In this document: positions 40,156-51,027 of the stretch, piece after piece
How the letters are laid out: each line of letters starts with the position of its first letter
How positions within the stretch are numbered: the first letter of the stretch is position 1
Source: Acholeplasma sp.
GTDB taxonomy: Bacteria; Bacillota_I; Bacilli_A; Acholeplasmatales; UBA5453
Assembly: GCA_036677365.1 (NCBI GenBank)
Contig: JAVBWN010000012.1
Coordinates: forward strand, 128,001-192,000
DNA length: 64,000 nucleotides
Reading direction: 5' to 3'
Made by a program: the position numbers and the translations under genes
The notes under the pieces: generated by a model
What the model was told of the DNA's origin: nothing
Seen by the model: the letters and a program-made list of their open reading frames with translations, nothing else
The model's database searches: none

Positions 40156-41017
40156 TTTAACTACATTGATCAAACGAAATGTCAAAGTCTTTTTAAGAGA
40201 TAAGGCAGCGGTATTCTTTTCATTCCTATCGGTCATCATCTTACTGGGTTTATATTTCTTATTCTTAGGTAGACAGTATACCACAGGGGGTTCATTTGAT
40301 ACCATTGAAGACAACCTCAAAACCTTCTTAGGTGTGGGTGTCATCATGGGTGGGGTCTTGGTCATCAATACCGTATCTTTATCTTTAGGGGTCATGGGTA
40401 CGATTGTCTCAGACATCGAAACCAGACGTTTAGAAGGCTTTATGGTTACACCGATTGAACGCTATAAAGTCATCTTATCCTATTTCATTTCATCCACACT
40501 AGTCACGGTGGTTTTATCTTGGATGATGTGGGGATTAACCATTTTATATGTGGGTATTTCTTCTGGTTATTGGTACAATCTAGAAACCATTTTAGTATCT
40601 TCATTATTGATTTTATTCTATACGTTCATCTCATCCGCTTTGATGTTATTCTTAGTCACTTTGATCAAGAGCCAAAATGCTTTTGGTGCTTTAGCTGGTG
40701 TGTTAGGGACAGTCATTGGTTTCATGAGCGGGATTTATATGCCACTATTTGTCTTAGGTAAGGGGATGTCGAATATTGCTTCTGTGGTACCATTTACCCA
40801 TATGACAATCTTACTCAAACAAGTGATACTAAAACAAGCCTACGCTGAACTACCAGCCCCATTCGCAGAAGCCCTCGCTGAATCGTATGGTACACAAGAA
40901 ATTGGTGTGTTTGGTATCGATATCCCCATGTTTTGGTTGATGGTAGGGTCCTTCGGGGTAGCACTCATCTTACTGGCTTTAGCTTATCGAAACATGAATA
41001 AAAAGATGATCAAATAA
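40148..41017 (+). CDS. ABC-2 type exporter permease
   Basis: About six transmembrane helices and 'FMSGIYMP'. Overlaps the ATPase stop. Confidence 0.88.
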   Translation: MFNLTTLIKRNVKVFLRDKAAVFFSFLSVIILLGLYFLFLGRQYTTGGSFDTIEDNLKTFLGVGVIMGGVLVINTVSLSLGVMGTIVSDIETRRLEGFMVTPIERYKVILSYFISSTLVTVVLSWMMWGLTILYVGISSGYWYNLETILVSSLLILFYTFISSALMLFLVTLIKSQNAFGALAGVLGTVIGFMSGIYMPLFVLGKGMSNIASVVPFTHMTILLKQVILKQAYAELPAPFAEALAESYGTQEIGVFGIDIPMFWLMVGSFGVALILLALAYRNMNKKMIK

Positions 41018-41067
41018 AAAAACAAGATGTCTAATCGCTTTTTTGCGAAATAGACATCTTTTTTTTA
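41016..41067. terminator. Bidirectional terminator
   Basis: AAGATGTCTA...TAGACATCTT flanked by A and T tracts, between convergent genes. Confidence 0.8.
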
Positions 41068-42102
41068 TGGTTGTATGCGCTGATCGTAAACGATGGATGC
41101 GAAAATAAGACTCGCTAACCCATAACTCCAATTGTCTTTATAACCAATCCATTTGTATCCCAGTTTTGGAAATAAAGGTAGTGGAATGGTTGGATTGGAG
41201 ACTTTGGTCAAATAAGGATGATTCACTTTGGTTTGGATGAAAGCTTTCATCGATGCTTCATAACCCTTTTGTGCAGTCATACCAAAAGCATCATCCATAA
41301 TTCCAAGTCTGACTGTTTTGAGAATACCCCCATGAATCAAGAAATTGGCAGAAGACTCTAAACCAGACTTGTGATTTAAGATGGTTCTAAACAGATGGTC
41401 TTGTTGTAAAGGTGTAATCGCTTGGATGGTTTCAATCAACATCGTTTTAATCGATAGATGATACACTGGATCTAAATGTTCTAACATCATAGGTAAGGCC
41501 ATCACGACCCAACCGTTGCCTCTACCCCAGTAGATGTCTTTTGGATAAGCCAGTTTAAATTTGACCCAATACGCATGTCGCCATAAGCCATCTTTAGAAA
41601 GGTATTCCTTGAATTTAACGGCGGTATTGAAGGCCATCATTTGGTATTTTTGATTGTTTTTGTAATGCCCATACACACTCAAGAACACCCCATACATCAT
41701 GATGGAATCGACCCAAATGGATTTAGGATAGAGTTTACCAATCCCACTGTGTCCTAAATGATTGGGTAAAAAGTCGATGACTGGTTTGACATGTTCAATG
41801 TAATCGATGCCCAATTGGGTGAGGCTATCATAGTGGTCGGTTTGATAAATTCGACCATACGTAAAACTGATGAGGATTGGTGCGAATTTATCCGATTGAT
41901 CGACCACAGGTGGGTGTTCAAGGTAGTAATCTAAATAGCTTTCAATGAACGATTTGTATTTGGTTTCACCCAAATATTCATCTAATAATAACAAAGCATA
42001 ACCAAATAAAGCTTCCCCCCACATCCACTTCATCTTGGGTTCGATTTGAGTGATGTGATGATCAATCACTGAGATACAATCTTTAAGATAAGGATTCATC
42101 AC
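41065..42102 (-). CDS. GH105/GH88 unsaturated uronyl hydrolase (YteR-like)
   Basis: 'W.WGE', 'IWVDSIMM', 'WGRGNGW', 'ESSA'. Confidence 0.85.
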   Translation of the reverse strand: MMNPYLKDCISVIDHHITQIEPKMKWMWGEALFGYALLLLDEYLGETKYKSFIESYLDYYLEHPPVVDQSDKFAPILISFTYGRIYQTDHYDSLTQLGIDYIEHVKPVIDFLPNHLGHSGIGKLYPKSIWVDSIMMYGVFLSVYGHYKNNQKYQMMAFNTAVKFKEYLSKDGLWRHAYWVKFKLAYPKDIYWGRGNGWVVMALPMMLEHLDPVYHLSIKTMLIETIQAITPLQQDHLFRTILNHKSGLESSANFLIHGGILKTVRLGIMDDAFGMTAQKGYEASMKAFIQTKVNHPYLTKVSNPTIPLPLFPKLGYKWIGYKDNWSYGLASLIFASIVYDQRIQP

Positions 42103-43921
42103 GAATCAACTCCTTTAGGTTTAAGATGAGTTTATGCGAACCATGGGTAATTTCAATTTGACTGGGTTGTCGTGGTATCTTTCCAAAAGGTGAATCCAGC
42201 CGGTCATATTCTGTGAATACCTGTTGGTTATTATGGAAGACTTGATGGTTTTTTGTATCAATTTCGATGTCATCCAATGTGTAAAGATGACCTGCTTTGG
42301 TAATCATTAAACGTGCTAGTTTTTTCTTGAAATCTTCTAAGGATACATCATCTGTAGAAGCGACCAAAAACCCCCAAGCGGTGTATTTGCCTAATTGTCG
42401 GAGTTCTACATCATCATATCGGGTGATTTCATTTAATCCAAGGATCCCTATCATGGCCTTGTTTTTAATACCAATGACACTGAATTTATCATACATCATC
42501 TCATCAAAATCAGATACGTTCATATGACAGTGGGTGAATAACGCCCGTTTCTTTTCGAATAACCCTGTTCTTGGGGATAAATCAAACACGTATAATGCCT
42601 TGTTTTCATGTTGGAAAGCGTAAGGCATGATGCCATTACCGACCCAATAAGATGGACTAAAGTTTCTAGAATTGTCTTTAAAAAAGGCGCTCGCTGGGTG
42701 TGTGACAAACACGGAAGTCTTTATATCTAACAATGCACCACCCACATGTTGTTGGTCACCAAAGGATTTGGGGACATACATTTGGGCAGTCGATAATAGA
42801 AAGTCTTTGTGTTTATAGGTATACACATTCGCCCGTTCAATCGCGACCCCTTGGGTGGTTGGATTGAGCAGGGTGATGAGTGGTTTTAATAGATGGAGTT
42901 TCTTAAAGAAGATGTTATCAAAGGCACTCAGGTTCTTTAAAAAAGTGTTATGTTTCAAATGCCATGCATGAAACATGTCGATCGTGAGTTCAATCGATTC
43001 ATGGTTGGTGAAAGCCTCCATCGACCACAAATATAACCCAGTCGTATAAAAATCTTTTTTCTGTTTAAAGTAGTTGGTTACTTCACTTAGGTATAAGCCA
43101 TTCGAATCTTTGATGATTTTGGTGCTTTGGTCTTTTGAAATCTCTTGGATCACTTGAGGGACATCATACTTGGTATTTAAGACAAACTCAGCGGATAGCC
43201 GAGTGTAGTCATAGGTTTCGACAGGACCTAGATTAAAGGCCTTTTTCATGATGTCTAGGATATCTTGTTCTTTGGGGTCCATCTTTTGCTTGTCATAACA
43301 ACGACCTGAAGCCACACTAAAATAACCATGATGGTGGAGTAATGCGAAATCCAGCATCAACAAATCCATTAAAAGGGTCGCTTGTTTAGTGATGGTTTCA
43401 TCGCTTGAAAATTCAATCAATAAGGATAAAGGCGCGACATCTTCCTCATAATAAGTGTTCGAATGGAACTCAACAAAACCCAATTCAAATCGGGTTTTAA
43501 ACCAATACATCAAGTGTTGATACCCACGGTCTTTATGAAAAGAACCGAAGGCTTTTGTATTGGTAAATACCTCATTGGGGTATAAACACCCCGCCAAGTA
43601 TTCACACGTTGAAAAGATCAATTGGTGGTTTTCACTCCAATAACACATCCCGTCTTCACCAGGGTCAGCCATATGGTACTTAAACCCCAAGACGGTTTTT
43701 TTCATTTGATTTAAAGTACCTTCAGTGATCAAATGCGCGTATTTATATAAACTTCTTAAAATACAAATCATTCGAAAGTCCGCACAATCATACCGTTTGT
43801 CGATGTAGTTTAAGAGGCTTAAAATACCCGATTCATCGATCGTTTTACCCTGGGCTAAAAGATCTATTTCAGGAAACGTCTTGTGGGTCATTTTAACAGA
43901 CATTGGGAGGTCTTCAAACAT
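42083..43921 (-). CDS. Conserved hypothetical protein, possibly heparinase II/III-like polysaccharide lyase fold
   Basis: 612 aa with 'WSENH', 'GFVEFHSNTYY', 'GDQQH'. Lies between the GPH symporter and GH105. Confidence 0.55.
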   Translation of the reverse strand: MFEDLPMSVKMTHKTFPEIDLLAQGKTIDESGILSLLNYIDKRYDCADFRMICILRSLYKYAHLITEGTLNQMKKTVLGFKYHMADPGEDGMCYWSENHQLIFSTCEYLAGCLYPNEVFTNTKAFGSFHKDRGYQHLMYWFKTRFELGFVEFHSNTYYEEDVAPLSLLIEFSSDETITKQATLLMDLLMLDFALLHHHGYFSVASGRCYDKQKMDPKEQDILDIMKKAFNLGPVETYDYTRLSAEFVLNTKYDVPQVIQEISKDQSTKIIKDSNGLYLSEVTNYFKQKKDFYTTGLYLWSMEAFTNHESIELTIDMFHAWHLKHNTFLKNLSAFDNIFFKKLHLLKPLITLLNPTTQGVAIERANVYTYKHKDFLLSTAQMYVPKSFGDQQHVGGALLDIKTSVFVTHPASAFFKDNSRNFSPSYWVGNGIMPYAFQHENKALYVFDLSPRTGLFEKKRALFTHCHMNVSDFDEMMYDKFSVIGIKNKAMIGILGLNEITRYDDVELRQLGKYTAWGFLVASTDDVSLEDFKKKLARLMITKAGHLYTLDDIEIDTKNHQVFHNNQQVFTEYDRLDSPFGKIPRQPSQIEITHGSHKLILNLKELIRDESLS

Positions 43922-43922
43922 A

Positions 43923-45344
43923 TTAACAGAACTCCTTTTGATAGCCTTCAGCTCTAATTTCTTCTTCAGGTGTCCAAGGGATATTTAACGCCATTTTCTC
44001 ATTCAAGGCTTTGATGTCTTTAGAAATTACAGGGGTGAGTTTGAATGTTCTTGATACCATAAAAGCAAGTAACATGAGCATACCTAACCCTAAGATAAAG
44101 ATGAAACGAATGCCTAAAATCGCTGAATCTGGTTGGATGGGTTCTGGTAATAATTCAGTCGGGGTGATGAACCCGGTGAGTTCCAATACCCAACCAATGA
44201 CAAATACCGCGATTGCAGCACTACCGGTGCGAATGAACGTCATGACACCGCTACAAACCCCAGTATTTCTTTCCTTAAGTTTTAGTTCAACCAAATCGAC
44301 CACATCTGGGAATAAAATCCAGCTCATCAGTTGTGCCCCACTGAAGCCTAAGGCCGCTAAACCAACCAAAACATATAATATGATTGGTGCGCCACCCGCA
44401 GGGAAGAAAGCAATCCCTAAACTCATCAAAATGGTAAGTGGTAATCCAAAGTAATAAATCTTGGTTTTGGATACCGATGAAACCAGTTTATATAAAAGCG
44501 GGAACATCAATAGCTGCATCCCCAAGAAAGTCCCTAGGAAGATGGTAGAAGAAATGTTGACCACGTATAACCCATAATAAATAACGACCGCAGACGCCAT
44601 GTCTAAGGCTAAAGCTTGACAAATGTATAAAACGACCAATTTACGGAAACCCTTAACGGATAGTGGTTCGAAGAATGCTTTTACACTAAACCGTTCCACC
44701 GCTTCATATGGGGTACGTTCTTTGGTGTATAAACCAATCAGTATGAGTGGCACGGTAAATATAACACCAAAGACAAACACCAATATGAAGTAAAATCCCA
44801 TGATGGATAAGTTACCAGCGGTATAGGATTCAAACAACATCGTAGGCACGAGTGTACAAATCGCTGTGGATGTCATAGAAAAAATCAAACGGGTGAGGTT
44901 GACTTTATTCCGTTCATTAAAATCGTTGGTGATTTCTGTTGATAACGCTGAATAAGGCACAGCAATGATGGTGTTGATGGTGTAGTAGAACAAGTAAGTG
45001 ACGAGCATATACACGACTTTAAGTGCAGTATTACCTAACCCATGAGGTAACCATAACAACGCTAAAGCAGGTATCAACAAAATACCCCCAATCAAGATGA
45101 ACGGACGACGTCTGCCCAGTTTGGTTTTGGTTCTATCGGTAATCATCCCCATCAACGGGTCATTGATGGCGTCCCACGCTTTAGAGATTAAAATCATCGT
45201 CCCTGCGATGCCAGGGCTGATGCCGATGACGTTGGTGATGAATACTAAATAGAGGACACCGATGATGGTTTGTCCACCCCCACCGTATAAATCGCCTAAA
45301 GCGAAAATGAAGCGTTCTTTGGGTTTGATTTCGTTTATTTGCAT
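43923..45344 (-). CDS. MFS glycoside-pentoside-hexuronide (GPH) cation symporter
   Basis: 'WDAINDPLMGMITDRTKTKLGRRRPF', 'VPYSAL', 12 transmembrane helices. Confidence 0.92.
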   Translation of the reverse strand: MQINEIKPKERFIFALGDLYGGGGQTIIGVLYLVFITNVIGISPGIAGTMILISKAWDAINDPLMGMITDRTKTKLGRRRPFILIGGILLIPALALLWLPHGLGNTALKVVYMLVTYLFYYTINTIIAVPYSALSTEITNDFNERNKVNLTRLIFSMTSTAICTLVPTMLFESYTAGNLSIMGFYFILVFVFGVIFTVPLILIGLYTKERTPYEAVERFSVKAFFEPLSVKGFRKLVVLYICQALALDMASAVVIYYGLYVVNISSTIFLGTFLGMQLLMFPLLYKLVSSVSKTKIYYFGLPLTILMSLGIAFFPAGGAPIILYVLVGLAALGFSGAQLMSWILFPDVVDLVELKLKERNTGVCSGVMTFIRTGSAAIAVFVIGWVLELTGFITPTELLPEPIQPDSAILGIRFIFILGLGMLMLLAFMVSRTFKLTPVISKDIKALNEKMALNIPWTPEEEIRAEGYQKEFC

Positions 45345-45503
45345 AGTAACCTCCAGCGGTCTTTAAGATTATCATAACACAACTATTTAGACTTAAAACC
45401 AACTATTTTGAGGTTAAAACTAATAATTCATCCAAAATATAGAAAACGTTCACATTTCACAAAAAATATCAAAACTCACGCAAACGATGTGTCTGCGCAC
45501 GTA

Positions 45504-45541
45504 TGTAAGCGTTGACACAATGGAAAACAATATGATATAAT
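45504..45541 (+). promoter_or_regulatory. Pectin operon promoter with cre-like site overlapping the -35
   Basis: TGTAAGCGTTGACA (45504-45517) includes TTGACA. TG-a-TATAAT at 45533-45541. Confidence 0.75.
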
Positions 45542-45587
45542 GATAATGAAATAAACAGTGTCTATCATAATAGACGCAGGAGAATAC

Positions 45588-47033
45588 ATGAAAAAAATTT
45601 GGATGATGCTCGTATTTGGTTTGTTCTTCACGTTGGCAGCGTGTACGAATGAACGCATACCTACAACCGATCCAATCACACCTTTGCCAAATGACGAGTT
45701 GCCAGTAGACTACTCCAGGTTTCATAACCCATTTGGCTTTTCTTCGCTTATCATCACAGATCGTAAAATTTATAAAGATCATGTAACGGTGGTTCAAAAT
45801 GAGATTGAATTTTTGGATGCTTTGATGGATACCTCAGTTAAAGTCATTCAAATTGAATCGGATTTATCATTGGGGTCAAAAGAGATCACGAATCAATTAA
45901 GTGAAGCAGGCAAATCACTATCAAGCTATAGCAATGTCTACCGCGCTCACAGCAGACAACCCCTCACCCACCCTACTTTATTAGAAACTGGGGTAGGTCA
46001 AGTAAGACTCAACGACAGAAGTGATTTGATGATTTATTCGAAAACAGGCGTTAAGATCAAACACGCTGCCTTCCAAATCGAACGATCAACCAATGTAGTG
46101 ATTAGAAACTTGCATCTGTCTGAACTTTGGGAGTGGGATGAATATTCCGAAGGACAGTATAAACGGAATGACTGGGATTATTTCAGTTTAAAGGATGTGA
46201 ATGGCATTTGGTTTGACCACCTCACGTTTGATCAAGTCTATGATGGCATCATCGATTTAAGAGAACACAGTCAAAACGTGACGCTATCTTGGTCCAAACT
46301 GAATTTTAATCCAAATGCTTTTATCGACACTCAAATCGATCATTTAGAAGGTAACCGTTCTAGTCATCCTTATTATGACAGTCTACGCACCGAAGGTATT
46401 TCTGTGGAAGACTTGAAGCTATTTTCGAGCTTTCAAAAGAAGGGCTTTAACTTAGGTAATACCACCGATGGCGATGGTTTTGAAGACATCACCATGACTT
46501 TTCATCATCTAGAAGTATTTAATTTAATGGACCGTATGCCGAGATTAAGAAAAGGCGATGTCCATTTGTATCACATGATTCTAGACAACACCTTGCTGTA
46601 TCAAACCAGACTCGTACTCAATAGTCCAAACCTATCTTTTGTCAATCAAGGGTTGGTATCCACAGAAGGGGGTTCCATTTTACTCGAACATTCGATTTAT
46701 AAATACGTCACTACCCCGATTAAAAACCACCAAGACAGTGACCCCGATGTCAAATACACCGGGTCATACGAAGTCAAAAACAGTGAACTGATTACAGGAA
46801 ACCGAACTTACTTTGGGTCATCGACAGACAAAAATTCGCTTTGGTTACATACAGGGGCGAATATAGCATTACCTTATCAAATGCGTAACCATGAGGTGAT
46901 CCCTTACGCCTACGCATTAGAAGATGTTTATTATTTAACTGAAACATTCACTAATTTCAAAACAGGTGCGACCTCCATCGAAGATTTCGATTGGCTATGG
47001 ATCGATACCACACTTTCAAATATAGGAGATTAA
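45588..47033 (+). CDS. Pectate lyase family PL1, lipoprotein
   Basis: Lipobox LAAC, 'NVVIRNL', 'IWFDH', 'DGIID', 'VTLSW', 'RMPRLRKG.VH'. Confidence 0.88.
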   Translation: MKKIWMMLVFGLFFTLAACTNERIPTTDPITPLPNDELPVDYSRFHNPFGFSSLIITDRKIYKDHVTVVQNEIEFLDALMDTSVKVIQIESDLSLGSKEITNQLSEAGKSLSSYSNVYRAHSRQPLTHPTLLETGVGQVRLNDRSDLMIYSKTGVKIKHAAFQIERSTNVVIRNLHLSELWEWDEYSEGQYKRNDWDYFSLKDVNGIWFDHLTFDQVYDGIIDLREHSQNVTLSWSKLNFNPNAFIDTQIDHLEGNRSSHPYYDSLRTEGISVEDLKLFSSFQKKGFNLGNTTDGDGFEDITMTFHHLEVFNLMDRMPRLRKGDVHLYHMILDNTLLYQTRLVLNSPNLSFVNQGLVSTEGGSILLEHSIYKYVTTPIKNHQDSDPDVKYTGSYEVKNSELITGNRTYFGSSTDKNSLWLHTGANIALPYQMRNHEVIPYAYALEDVYYLTETFTNFKTGATSIEDFDWLWIDTTLSNIGD

Positions 47034-47038
47034 AACAC

Positions 47039-48370
47039 ATGAAAAAAATCTACACCCTGGCTTTACTGATGGTTGTTTCCCTGTTCTTAGCAGCGTGTGG
47101 GCAAACCGCCGACGACAACGAAATTTCATTTGCGTGGTGGGGCACCTCAGACCGTAATATCGCCACCTATCAAGCGATTGAACGCTTTGAAGAAAAATAC
47201 CCGCAATATAAAGTAAAAGGGGAACAATCCACCTGGAATGGGTACCAACAATCTTTAAACAATAAGCTCAACCGTGGCACCGAAGCCGATGTCTTTCAAG
47301 TGAACTACAACTGGATTTATTCGATGTATGGGAAAGACTATTTCATGGATTTAAATGACTTGGGTCTGGATTTATCCAAATACCCAGCCGATGAACATAC
47401 CCCACTCACCGTGGATGGTAAAGTCTTGGGTTTATCGGTCTCTGAAACAGGCTATATTTTCTATTTAAATCAAAAACTTTATGAGGATGCGAATGTATCC
47501 TTTGATGGGGGTACCAGAGTGCTCCCTCAAACCTGGGAAGAACTGATGACTGCGGGTGAACTCATCAATGGCAAAGACGCGTCTAAATACGCGATTGGTC
47601 GTTTAGATGCCCAACAAGTAGCCATTTTGATGTTTTCATACCTCGCCCAAGTCCATGGGAAGAATGTCATCAATGATCAAAACCAACTCAATTTCACCCA
47701 AGCCCAATTGGTCGAAGGGTTCAATTTCATCACCGATTTAAGAAGCACAGGCGTACTCATTCCATCGAACGCCATCGATACCCATTTGGATGGCCCAACC
47801 AATCCGAATTGGACTTCTCAAAAATATGGCGGCGTCTTACAATGGAATACCGCGATTTCTGAATATCAAAATACACTCCCAGCATCTGCGAACTTAGTGA
47901 TGGCAGGCATGTTCCAACAACAAGCAGGTCAAAACGTGGGTATGTACAAAAAAGTTTCTATGGCTTACGCAGTTTCTAAACGCGTAGAAAAGAGCTCAGC
48001 AAAACAAGAAGCTGTGAAGACATTCATCGAATTCATGACCACAGACCCAGAAGCGGTCGCCATCTTAGGGGTTGACCGTGGGGTATCCTCAAATTCAACC
48101 ACACAAGACTTGTTAAAGGCTGTGGTGGGCAAAGACTATGAAAACTCCCTTGAGTGGCAAGGCCATACGGTGGTTCAAGCGATGTATAATCATCAACTTA
48201 CACAAAACATGGCACTTTATATTCACCCATATTACGAACACAACACCTTTAGAGCCATCTATGAAGGCCCAATCGAATCGTTCTTACTCAATAACATCAA
48301 CGCGAATGAAGCGGCATCCCGTATCATTCAACGTTTCAATACCGAATTAGCACGGATCATGGCGGACTAG
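47039..48370 (+). CDS. Carbohydrate ABC transporter substrate-binding lipoprotein (TogB-like)
   Basis: Lipobox LAAC, 'SFAWWG...R...T', 'ADVFQVNYNW', 'LGVDRGV'. Confidence 0.88.
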   Translation: MKKIYTLALLMVVSLFLAACGQTADDNEISFAWWGTSDRNIATYQAIERFEEKYPQYKVKGEQSTWNGYQQSLNNKLNRGTEADVFQVNYNWIYSMYGKDYFMDLNDLGLDLSKYPADEHTPLTVDGKVLGLSVSETGYIFYLNQKLYEDANVSFDGGTRVLPQTWEELMTAGELINGKDASKYAIGRLDAQQVAILMFSYLAQVHGKNVINDQNQLNFTQAQLVEGFNFITDLRSTGVLIPSNAIDTHLDGPTNPNWTSQKYGGVLQWNTAISEYQNTLPASANLVMAGMFQQQAGQNVGMYKKVSMAYAVSKRVEKSSAKQEAVKTFIEFMTTDPEAVAILGVDRGVSSNSTTQDLLKAVVGKDYENSLEWQGHTVVQAMYNHQLTQNMALYIHPYYEHNTFRAIYEGPIESFLLNNINANEAASRIIQRFNTELARIMAD

Positions 48371-48372
48371 GT

Positions 48373-49254
48373 ATGGTAGGAGAGAAGAAATGGGTACCCT
48401 ACGCACTCTTAGTGCCGTGGTTAATTGGTTTCATCTTATTTAAACTTTACCCATTCATCAGTTCATTCATCATGAGTCTGTATGAAAAAAGGGGTCGAGT
48501 ATCGACATTTGTCGGACTTAAAAACTTCGAATTGATTTTCGATTCCTCAAGTTATTTGGGTTCTGAATTCATGAATGCACTCAAGGTCACGTTCATGTAC
48601 GTATTCATTACAGTACCTTTGATTTTGATTGTTTCTTTGTTAGTAGCCTATATTTTAGCGTTAAAGATGAAGGGCATTGGCTTCTTTAGAACTGCCTTTT
48701 ATATGCCAACAGTGCTTGGTGCGAACGTCGCAATCATCATCTTATGGCGTTATATTTTCGAATACAACGGCTTAATCAATGCAGGTTTAAAATTGATTGG
48801 GGTACAACCGATCAGTTTCTTAGGCACCGCCGCTGGGGCGATGGCCTCGATTGTCTTACTGAGGGTTTGGCAATTCGGGTCGACGATGTTGATATTTTTG
48901 AATGCTTTGAAAAATGTCCCAGAAACTTTATACGAAGCAGCTACCATCGATGGGGCTGGCAAAGTAAGACAATTCTTCAGTGTGACCATACCAATGATTA
49001 CCCCAATCATTTTATTCAACGGGGTTATGAGGTTGGTAGAAACGTTCCAAGTCTTCAATGGGCCAATGCTCATCACCAATGGTGGACCTGAAAATTCCAC
49101 CAATGTATTAAATAAACTCATTTATGACATCGCGTTTAAAGGCGGCGATTTAAACGTCGGTAGTGCGATGTCTTGGATATTATTCGTGATCATTATGGTA
49201 TTTACAGTGATGATTTTCAGATCCAGTAAATACTGGGTTCACTATCAGGATTAG
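48373..49254 (+). CDS. Carbohydrate ABC transporter permease (TogM-like)
   Basis: EAA loop 'LYEAATIDGA'. Confidence 0.92.
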   Translation: MVGEKKWVPYALLVPWLIGFILFKLYPFISSFIMSLYEKRGRVSTFVGLKNFELIFDSSSYLGSEFMNALKVTFMYVFITVPLILIVSLLVAYILALKMKGIGFFRTAFYMPTVLGANVAIIILWRYIFEYNGLINAGLKLIGVQPISFLGTAAGAMASIVLLRVWQFGSTMLIFLNALKNVPETLYEAATIDGAGKVRQFFSVTIPMITPIILFNGVMRLVETFQVFNGPMLITNGGPENSTNVLNKLIYDIAFKGGDLNVGSAMSWILFVIIMVFTVMIFRSSKYWVHYQD

Positions 49255-49266
49255 GGGTGAACATTG

Positions 49267-50151
49267 ATGAATAAAACCATTCAAAAAAGAATCATTTCAG
49301 TCATTAAGTATGGCATCATCTTAGGATTCGCTTTCGTGATGTTATACCCACTCTTATGGATCATTGGTGCCTCATTCAATGAAGTCGCGAATGAATCGTT
49401 CTTCTTTTGGCCAAAAGCATTCACATTAGTCGGGTGGCAAGAAGCGTTAACCGCCCCGGGTTGGGGCAGTGCTCAAGGGTATTCGTTGTTACGTGCGGTA
49501 TGGAATACGATGCAGTATGTCATTCCTCATGTGGTCTTCGGTACAGTATCGACTTTACTCACTGCGTATGTATTAACACGCATGCATTTTAAAGGTAAAA
49601 AGTTTGTATTCGCCCTCGTCATCGGTACATTGTTGATGCCCAATACCATCTTTAGAATCCCGATGTATGCCTTTTGGACGAGTCCAGGTGTCGCATCCAT
49701 TTGGGAAAACAATACCTTACCGTTTATGGCATTCTTACCGCTATGGGCAGGTTCCGTATTCGCGGTCAACTCATTTTCAATTTTCATGTTCATTCAATTT
49801 TTTAGAACCATCCCCCGTGACTTAGATGAAGCGGCGTATATGGATGGAGCGAATAAGATGCAAGTCCTATGGTATGTGTTGATGCCGGTATTAAAACCGA
49901 TCGTCATCACAGTAGCACTGTTGTTGTTCATCGCTGAATTCAACGATTACCAAGGACCACTCATTTACATTACGAACGCGGAGTTTTTCCCGTTAGCTAA
50001 GGTGTTACCACTCTTAGGATTGGATTCCATCAATACCTACGCCCATGTGTATGCGCGTTCGATTGTGTCGGTATCGATCCTCATCATCGTATTCTTTGTG
50101 GCTCAAAAATACTTTGTCGGTAACAACGCAGATTCAGCCATTAAGGGTTAG
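49267..50151 (+). CDS. Carbohydrate ABC transporter permease (TogN-like)
   Basis: EAA loop 'LDEAAYMDGA'. Confidence 0.92.
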   Translation: MNKTIQKRIISVIKYGIILGFAFVMLYPLLWIIGASFNEVANESFFFWPKAFTLVGWQEALTAPGWGSAQGYSLLRAVWNTMQYVIPHVVFGTVSTLLTAYVLTRMHFKGKKFVFALVIGTLLMPNTIFRIPMYAFWTSPGVASIWENNTLPFMAFLPLWAGSVFAVNSFSIFMFIQFFRTIPRDLDEAAYMDGANKMQVLWYVLMPVLKPIVITVALLLFIAEFNDYQGPLIYITNAEFFPLAKVLPLLGLDSINTYAHVYARSIVSVSILIIVFFVAQKYFVGNNADSAIKG

Positions 50152-50160
50152 GAGGTTCAC

Positions 50161-51024
50161 ATGAAAAAAAGCATTTTAGGGGTCCTCATCGGTTTGGTTT
50201 TGGTGTTATCGGCGTGTGCTGAAAAAACACCAGGACCTGAAGTGATTGAAGATTATGTATGTAAAGATACCCCACTTTCCACCGGGTGTTATGTCCCATC
50301 GGATGATTTGAACTTCATATCACCAATCGCGGATGAATACACCATCAACGAAACATTTGAAACCGACCGTGTCAATCAAATGCCGCGCAATTGGTTATTG
50401 TATCGCAACGAAGAATATAAAGCCGATGGTGTCAAAGCAACCATCATTGAAAATAGTGGTAACCGCTATGTAGAGCTATTTTCGGATGGTTTAAAAGCCC
50501 CGATGTACCCACAATCGGCACCGAACCCTACCTTTATTTTCTCTACCAAATTCAATTTGGACTTAGACCGTAAAGGGGTCGCTTACGCCACGGTCATGTT
50601 ACCATCCAACAAGCCTACCGATTCGATTGCTTTTGGGGTATCGACCGGCGCGGTCAATACCATCCAAGCGGTGATTGGTTCCGATTTAAAAGTCCAAATC
50701 AAAGTGGGTGGGCCATTCTTTTATTACTCCGGTACCGCCGATGGTGGGGATACCTATGCCACATCAGTCACCATTTTAAAAGACACTTGGTACACCTTCA
50801 AGTTTGAATGGGACGCATCCACCAATGTCGTTTCCGCGCACATCAAACAAGGGGATGCATTCGTATCTTTATATTCCGGGGCATTCCACGTTTCCAACCG
50901 CGTTAATGCGCTTTTGAGTGGTGCGATCTTAGTACCGAATGTATTTAGAGTCACGATGCCTCGAAACTATACACACAGTTATGCGTATATCGATGATGTC
51001 ATCGTGAATCGAAAGGGGGTTTAG
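50161..51024 (+). CDS. Lipoprotein, probable ConA-like beta-sandwich
   Basis: Lipobox LSAC, 'INETFE', 'DTWYTFKFEWD', 'AYIDDV'. Confidence 0.6.
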   Translation: MKKSILGVLIGLVLVLSACAEKTPGPEVIEDYVCKDTPLSTGCYVPSDDLNFISPIADEYTINETFETDRVNQMPRNWLLYRNEEYKADGVKATIIENSGNRYVELFSDGLKAPMYPQSAPNPTFIFSTKFNLDLDRKGVAYATVMLPSNKPTDSIAFGVSTGAVNTIQAVIGSDLKVQIKVGGPFFYYSGTADGGDTYATSVTILKDTWYTFKFEWDASTNVVSAHIKQGDAFVSLYSGAFHVSNRVNALLSGAILVPNVFRVTMPRNYTHSYAYIDDVIVNRKGV

Positions 51025-51027
51025 TCG

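Noticed and set aside
45450..45797. Minus-strand ORFs over the pectin operon promoter, and other short ORFs nested in or antisense to long genes
   Set aside because: They overlap well-supported genes or promoters, lack an RBS and show no recognisable motifs, so they are treated as shadow ORFs.
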